Positions 60,481 to 64,000 of a DNA stretch of 64,000 bases are shown here, one piece after another. The stretch is from assembly GCF_009914755.1 (NCBI RefSeq), contig NC_060947.1; one strand, 5' to 3'. Source of the stretch: the human T2T-CHM13v2.0 reference genome, Homo sapiens. Every line of letters starts with the position of its first letter. Positions within the stretch are counted from its first letter, which is position 1. The notes beneath the pieces are model-generated. The model saw only the letters and a program-made list of their open reading frames with translations, was not told the DNA's origin and did not search any database. The position numbers were made by a program, and so were the translations under genes.

Positions 60481-63400
60481 GGAGACAAAAAAAAATTTAT
60501 AAAAAACAATTAAGCACACCTACAAGATCTAGAAAACAGCCTCAAAAAGGCAAATCTATGAGTTACTGACCTTCAAGAGGAGCTTGGGGGTATAAAGTTT
60601 ATTCAAATAGATAATAACAGAGAACATTCCAAACCTAGAGAAAGATATCAACATCCAAGTACAAGATGATTATAGAACACCAACCAGATTTAACCCACAG
60701 AAGACTACCTCAAGGCATTTAATAAAACTCTCAAAGGACAAAGATAAAGAAATGCCCTAAAGTCACAAAGAGAATAGAAATAAATAACACAATGTAGCTG
60801 TCATATGTCTGGCAGCAGACTTTTCGGTGGAAACCTTACAGACCAGGGGAGAGTAGTATGACGTATTTAAAGTGCTAAAGAAAACAAAACAAAACAAAAA
60901 ACCTTTAGCATAGAATAGTCTATTCAGTGAAAATGTCCTTCAAACATGAAGGAGAAATAAAGACTCAGAAATAAATAAATAATAAATCTATTAAAAAGTA
61001 TCATTAATAAAATATAAAGATATCCCCCAGACAAACAAAAGCTGAGGGATATCATCAATACCAGACTCGTTCTACAAGAAACACCAAAGGAAGTACTTCA
61101 ATCAGAAAGAAAAGAACATTAATGAGCAATAACTAATCACCTGAAGGTACAAAATTTACTGGTAACAGTAAGTACACAGAAAAACACAGAATATTATACC
61201 ACTGTAGCTGTGGTGGGTAAAACACTCTTATCTTAAATAGAAAGGCTAAATGATGAAGCAATAAAAAATAATAACTTCAATAACATTTCAAGACATAGAC
61301 AGTAAAATAAAATATAATTGGAAACAACAAAAAGTTAAAAGGGGGGATGAAATTAAGACATAGGGTGTTTATTAGTTTTATTTTTGCTTGTTTGTTTCTT
61401 TGTTTATGCAGTGTTAGGTTGTTATCAACTTAAAATAATGGGTTATAAGATAGTGTTTGCAAGTCTCATGATACCTTCAAATCGAAAACATACAATGGAT
61501 TCACAACAAATAAAAATCAAATAATTAAATCATATCACCAGAGAAAATCACCTTCACTAAAAAGAGACAGGAAGGAAAGAAAAGAAAGTGAACACCACAA
61601 AATCACCAGAAAACAAATAACAAAATGGTAAAAGTAAGTCCTTGTTTATCAATAACATGGAATGTAAGTGAACTAAACTTCCCAATCAAAAGACACTGAG
61701 TGGCCAAATAGCAAAAAAAAAAAAAAAAAAAAAAAGACCTGCTGCCAACAAAAAACACACTTCACCTGTAAATGCATGCATAGACTGAAAATAAATGTAT
61801 GGAAAAAGATATTCCATGTGAATGGAAACTAAAAAGGAGCAGAAGTAGTTATATTTATATTACACAAAATATATTTCAAGACTAAGACTATATAAAGAGA
61901 CAAAGAAGGCCGCTATATAATGATAAAGGCATTAATTCAGGATGAGGATACAACAATTTTAAATATATTGGCACCCAACATTGGAGCACCCTGACATATA
62001 AAGCAAATATTATTAGAGCTAAAGAGAGAGATAGCCCCCAATATAATAATAGCTAGAGACTTCAACACCACATTTGCAGCGTTGGACAGATCTTCGAGAC
62101 AGAAAACAAACGAAGGAACATCAGACTAATTCACACTATAGACCAAATGGCCCTAATAGATATTTACAGAGCATTTCAAACAATGGCTGCAGAATACACA
62201 TTCTTTTTCTTAGCAAACAGACCACGCTCAAGGTTAGACCATATGTTAGGCCACATAAGAAGTCTTAAAACATTCAAAAAATTGAAATAATATCAAAGAT
62301 CTTCTCAGAGCACAATGTAATAACACTAGAAATCAATAACAAGAGGAATTTTTAAAACTATATGAACACACAGAAATTAGATAATATGCTTCTGGATGTG
62401 ATAGGGTCAATGAAGATATTAAGAAGAAAATTGCAAAATTTCTTGAAACAAATGATAATAGAAACATAACATCCAAAAGCTATATTATAGAGCAAAAGCA
62501 GTACTAAGTAGGAAGTTCACAACTATCAGTGTCTACATCAAAAAATAAACAAAAACTTCAAATATTCATCCTAACAATGCATCTTAAATACCTAGAGAAG
62601 CAAAAGCAAAACCAAACTGAAAATGAGCAGAAGAAAAGAAATAATAAAGATTGGAGTGGAAATAAATGCAATTGAAATGAAAAAAAAAATAAAAAAGACC
62701 AATGAAACAAAAAGTTGGGGTTTTTTTTGAAAAGATAAACATAATTGACAAACCTTTAACCAGGCTAAGAAACACAGAGAGAAAATACAAATAAAATTAG
62801 AGAAGAAAAAAGAAAACTGATACCACAGATATTCAAAGGATCACTAGAGGCTACTATGAGCAACTATAAGCCAACAAACTAGAAAATTTAGAAGATAGGT
62901 ACAAGTTCCTAGACACATACAGTCTACCAACACTGAACCATGGAGAAATCCAAAACATAAGGAAGACACTAATAACAAGTAATAAGGTTGAAGCCATAAT
63001 AAAAAGTCTTCTAAAAAAAAAAAAAAAAAAAAAGGCCGAGGACTCAATGACTTCACTACTGAATTTGGCCAAACATTTAAAGAAGTAGTGCCAATCCAAC
63101 TGAAAATATTCCATAAAATATATTAGCACAAAATACTTCCAAACTAATTCTGCAAGGCCAGTACTACTCTGATTACAAAACCAGACAAAGACACATGAAC
63201 AAAAGAAAACTACAGGCCAATATTTCCAATAAATATTAATAAAAAATTCTCAGCAAAAAAACTGACAAACCAAATTCAATAACACATTAAAAAGATCATT
63301 CAACATGACCAAGTGGAACTTAAACCCAGGGATGCAAGGATGGTTCAAAGTACACTAATCAGTTAATATGATACATTGTGCATCATTATCAACAGAAGGA

Positions 63401-64000
63401 CAGAAGGAAGGACAAAAACCATATGATCATTTCAATTGATGCTAAAAATGCATTTGATAAAATTCAACATCCCTTCATAATAAAAACATTTAAAAACTTG
63501 AGATAGAAAGAACATGCCTTTATGTAATAAAAGCCATATATGACAGACCTACAGCTAGTATCATACTCAAAGGGGAAAAACTGAAAGCCTTTCCTCTAAG
63601 ATCTAGAATACAACAAGGATGCCCACTTTCACTTTTGTTACTCAATATATTAGTGAAAGTCCTAGCTAAAGCAATCAGAAAAGAGAAAGAAATAAAGGAT
63701 GCCCAAACTGGAAAGGAAGAAGCCAAATTTTCTTTGTTTGCAGGTGATACGATCTTAAATTTGGAAAAAAACTAAAGATTCCACCAAAAAAACTATTAGA
63801 ACTGATAACATTCAGTAAAGTTGCAATATAAAATATCAACATAGAAAGTCTGGTAGCATTTGTATATGCCAACAGCACACAATCTGAAAAAAAAAATCAA
63901 AATTAATCCCATTTCTAGTGGCTAGAAATAAATAACTAGGAATTAACCAAATAAGTGAAAGATCTCTACAAAGAAAACTATAAATTATTGACGAAAGAAA

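Larger units (their letters stand above)
57077..64000 (+). mobile_element. L1MA1-3/L1M1-like LINE-1 (5'UTR, ORF1, long inter-ORF region, ORF2 into RT); continues beyond the window
   Basis: Decayed ORF1 (AATAGCTGTTTTGAGGAAACTC), ORF2 start at ~61625 (ATGGTAAAAGTAAGTCCTTG) and an RT motif region TTTGCAGGTGAT at ~63738. Confidence 0.82.

Overview
This is AT-rich primate genomic DNA made almost entirely of interspersed repeats. An AluY and an L1PA2-type element point to human or great ape. I find no cellular protein-coding gene, RNA gene, CpG island or CRISPR-like array. The long ORFs in the track are decayed LINE-1 ORF1/ORF2 or ERV pol/env/dUTPase remnants. The window is a stack of nested insertions (L1 of many ages, ERV1, ERVL and MaLR elements, Alus, DNA-transposon relics), many with readable target-site duplications (TSDs). 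I do not see a new biological system. The most unusual signal is two young, 5'-inverted L1s about 25.4 kb apart that carry different subfamily markers. They nevertheless share five non-consensus substitutions within one ~550 bp stretch, which suggests interlocus gene conversion. Other notable items are twin-priming junctions, a triple TSD, a collapsed L1MA/HERV-L compound, a one-LTR MER4 provirus, a ~278-bp monomer array in an old L1 5'UTR and a duplicated RT core. Subfamily names come from my recall of consensus sequences and need RepeatMasker/Dfam confirmation.
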